A stretch of 25,449 nucleotides of DNA from a virus (Duplodnaviria > Caudoviricetes): the IMG/VR virus record IMGVR_UViG_3300033407_000101, positions 1 through 25,449 of that record, one strand, 5' to 3'. The first letter of the stretch is position 1, and every line of letters starts with the position of its first letter. Shown here in pieces: positions 24,701-25,449 of the stretch. The notes under the pieces are model-generated. The model saw only the letters and a list, made by a program, of their open reading frames with translations, was not told the origin of the DNA and searched no databases. Position numbers and translations under genes: made by a program.

Positions 24701-25449
24701 TTACTGTACCGTTATTGAGGTTATTGGTTCACTTACATATACCATAACATCTGGTGTAAAGAAAGTGCCATCAGCGCTAAGGTAAGCGCTTAGCGACGCT
24801 GTGGCAGACTCCCCAGCCTTATGCAGGGTGGCACCAACCGATAATGTCAGCCCTACAGCCTTCCTGAGGACAGATATTAAACTAACGCCCCCTGTCATCC
24901 CCTTCGACAAAACTGAGGACAGAGAGGCGGTCCCCGTGATGTCCGTTTTCTGCAAAACTGAGGACAGAGAGGCCTCCAGAGTCTGAGCCCCCCTCAGAGT
25001 GGCTGACATAGTTGGACCAGTCGTCACCCCCTTTTGCAAAACTGAGGACAGGGTTACATTAACATCCAGCAGCTTCTGGAGCACTGAGGACAGGGAGGCG
25101 GTCCCCGTGATGTCCGTTTTCTGCAAAACTGAGGACAGGGAGGCGGTCAGAGTGGATGGACCATCCCCCCCGTCACTCAAATATGCGTTAAGCGTTGCCC
25201 CAACAGTGACATTCTTCTGCAGAACGGCTGATAAGGTCGAACTAACCTCCATCAACTTCAGCAACACAGCGCTCAGTTCCGTAGTGTTGGTCACACCTGC
25301 CTTCTGTAGTGCGGAAGACAGTGTTGTTAGCAGCGCCTGCGTTTTCTGCAACACTGAGGACAGAGAGGCGGTCCCCGTGATGTCCGTTTTCTGCAACACT
25401 GAGGACAGGGAGGCGGTCCCCGTGATGTCCGTTTTCTGCAACACTGAGG
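24701..25449 (-). CDS. Repeat-rich putative fibre/filament protein, 5' end outside the window
   Basis: Frame is open to the window edge. About 14 units of 14-15 aa with consensus (T/A)SLSSVLQKxxxTxT. Confidence 0.75.
   Translation of the reverse strand, partial: SVLQKTDITGTASLSSVLQKTDITGTASLSSVLQKTQALLTTLSSALQKAGVTNTTELSAVLLKLMEVSSTLSAVLQKNVTVGATLNAYLSDGGDGPSTLTASLSSVLQKTDITGTASLSSVLQKLLDVNVTLSSVLQKGVTTGPTMSATLRGAQTLEASLSSVLQKTDITGTASLSSVLSKGMTGGVSLISVLRKAVGLTLSVGATLHKAGESATASLSAYLSADGTFFTPDVMVYVSEPITSITVQ
24911..25449. repeat. 45-bp repeat family (actgaggacag[a/g]gaggcggtccccgtgatgtccgttttctgcaa[a/c]), tandem at the edge and dispersed internally
   Basis: Near-identical copies at about 24912, 25083, 25353 and 25398, with partial copies at about 24957, 25041, 25128 and 25443. 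Confidence 0.95.

Larger units (their letters stand above)
1..25449. mobile_element. Fragment of a siphovirus-type tailed phage (or prophage) genome: lambda-like head module, tail module and part of a replication/recombination module
   Basis: Continuous, tightly overlapping genes in canonical order terS-terL-gpW-portal-protease/capsid-connectors-tube-chaperones-tape measure-fibre. No sheath gene and no cellular housekeeping genes. Confidence 0.97.

Noticed and set aside
24911-25449. Diversity-generating retroelement TR/VR pair (copies differ at plus-strand A positions)
   Set aside because: The differences are synonymous and fall at T on the coding strand. All copies are inside one CDS, and no reverse transcriptase is in the window.
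1-25449. Stop-codon reassignment, introns or inteins
   Set aside because: Genes are full length in the standard code and tile the sequence using TAA, TGA and TAG stops. TerL, portal and helicase show no large insertions or intein-like ends.

Overview
The whole window is a gene-dense fragment of a tailed dsDNA phage with a long non-contractile (siphovirus-type) tail. No host genes, integrase, lysis genes, RNA genes or CRISPR array are visible, so prophage versus free phage cannot be decided. A minus-strand morphogenesis operon runs from the right edge to about 4.2 kb. In order it encodes: a cluster of four putative fibre/adaptor genes, TerS, a small Zn-binding ORF, lambda gpA-type TerL, a gpW-like adaptor, a lambda-type portal, a ClpP-major capsid fusion, a DUF2190-type protein, head-tail connectors, tail tube, G/GT chaperones with an A-AAA-AAG -1 frameshift site, a 2008-aa tape measure, a tail-tip protein with an inserted lectin-like domain, a tail fibre and a probable fibre-associated protein. 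At the left, a plus-strand SF2 helicase diverges from a minus-strand recombination/replication cluster: a hypothetical protein, a DUF2800/Cas4-like nuclease, and an SSB that the ORF track missed. The most unusual points are the prion-like (QYPQQGG)n tail of the SSB, the repeat-fibre module coupled directly to terS, in-frame duplications in six different genes, overlapping divergent promoters straddled by a palindrome, a very reduced tail-tip gene set, and non-canonical ATPase motifs in TerL. All family assignments come from motif recognition by eye, not from database searches.
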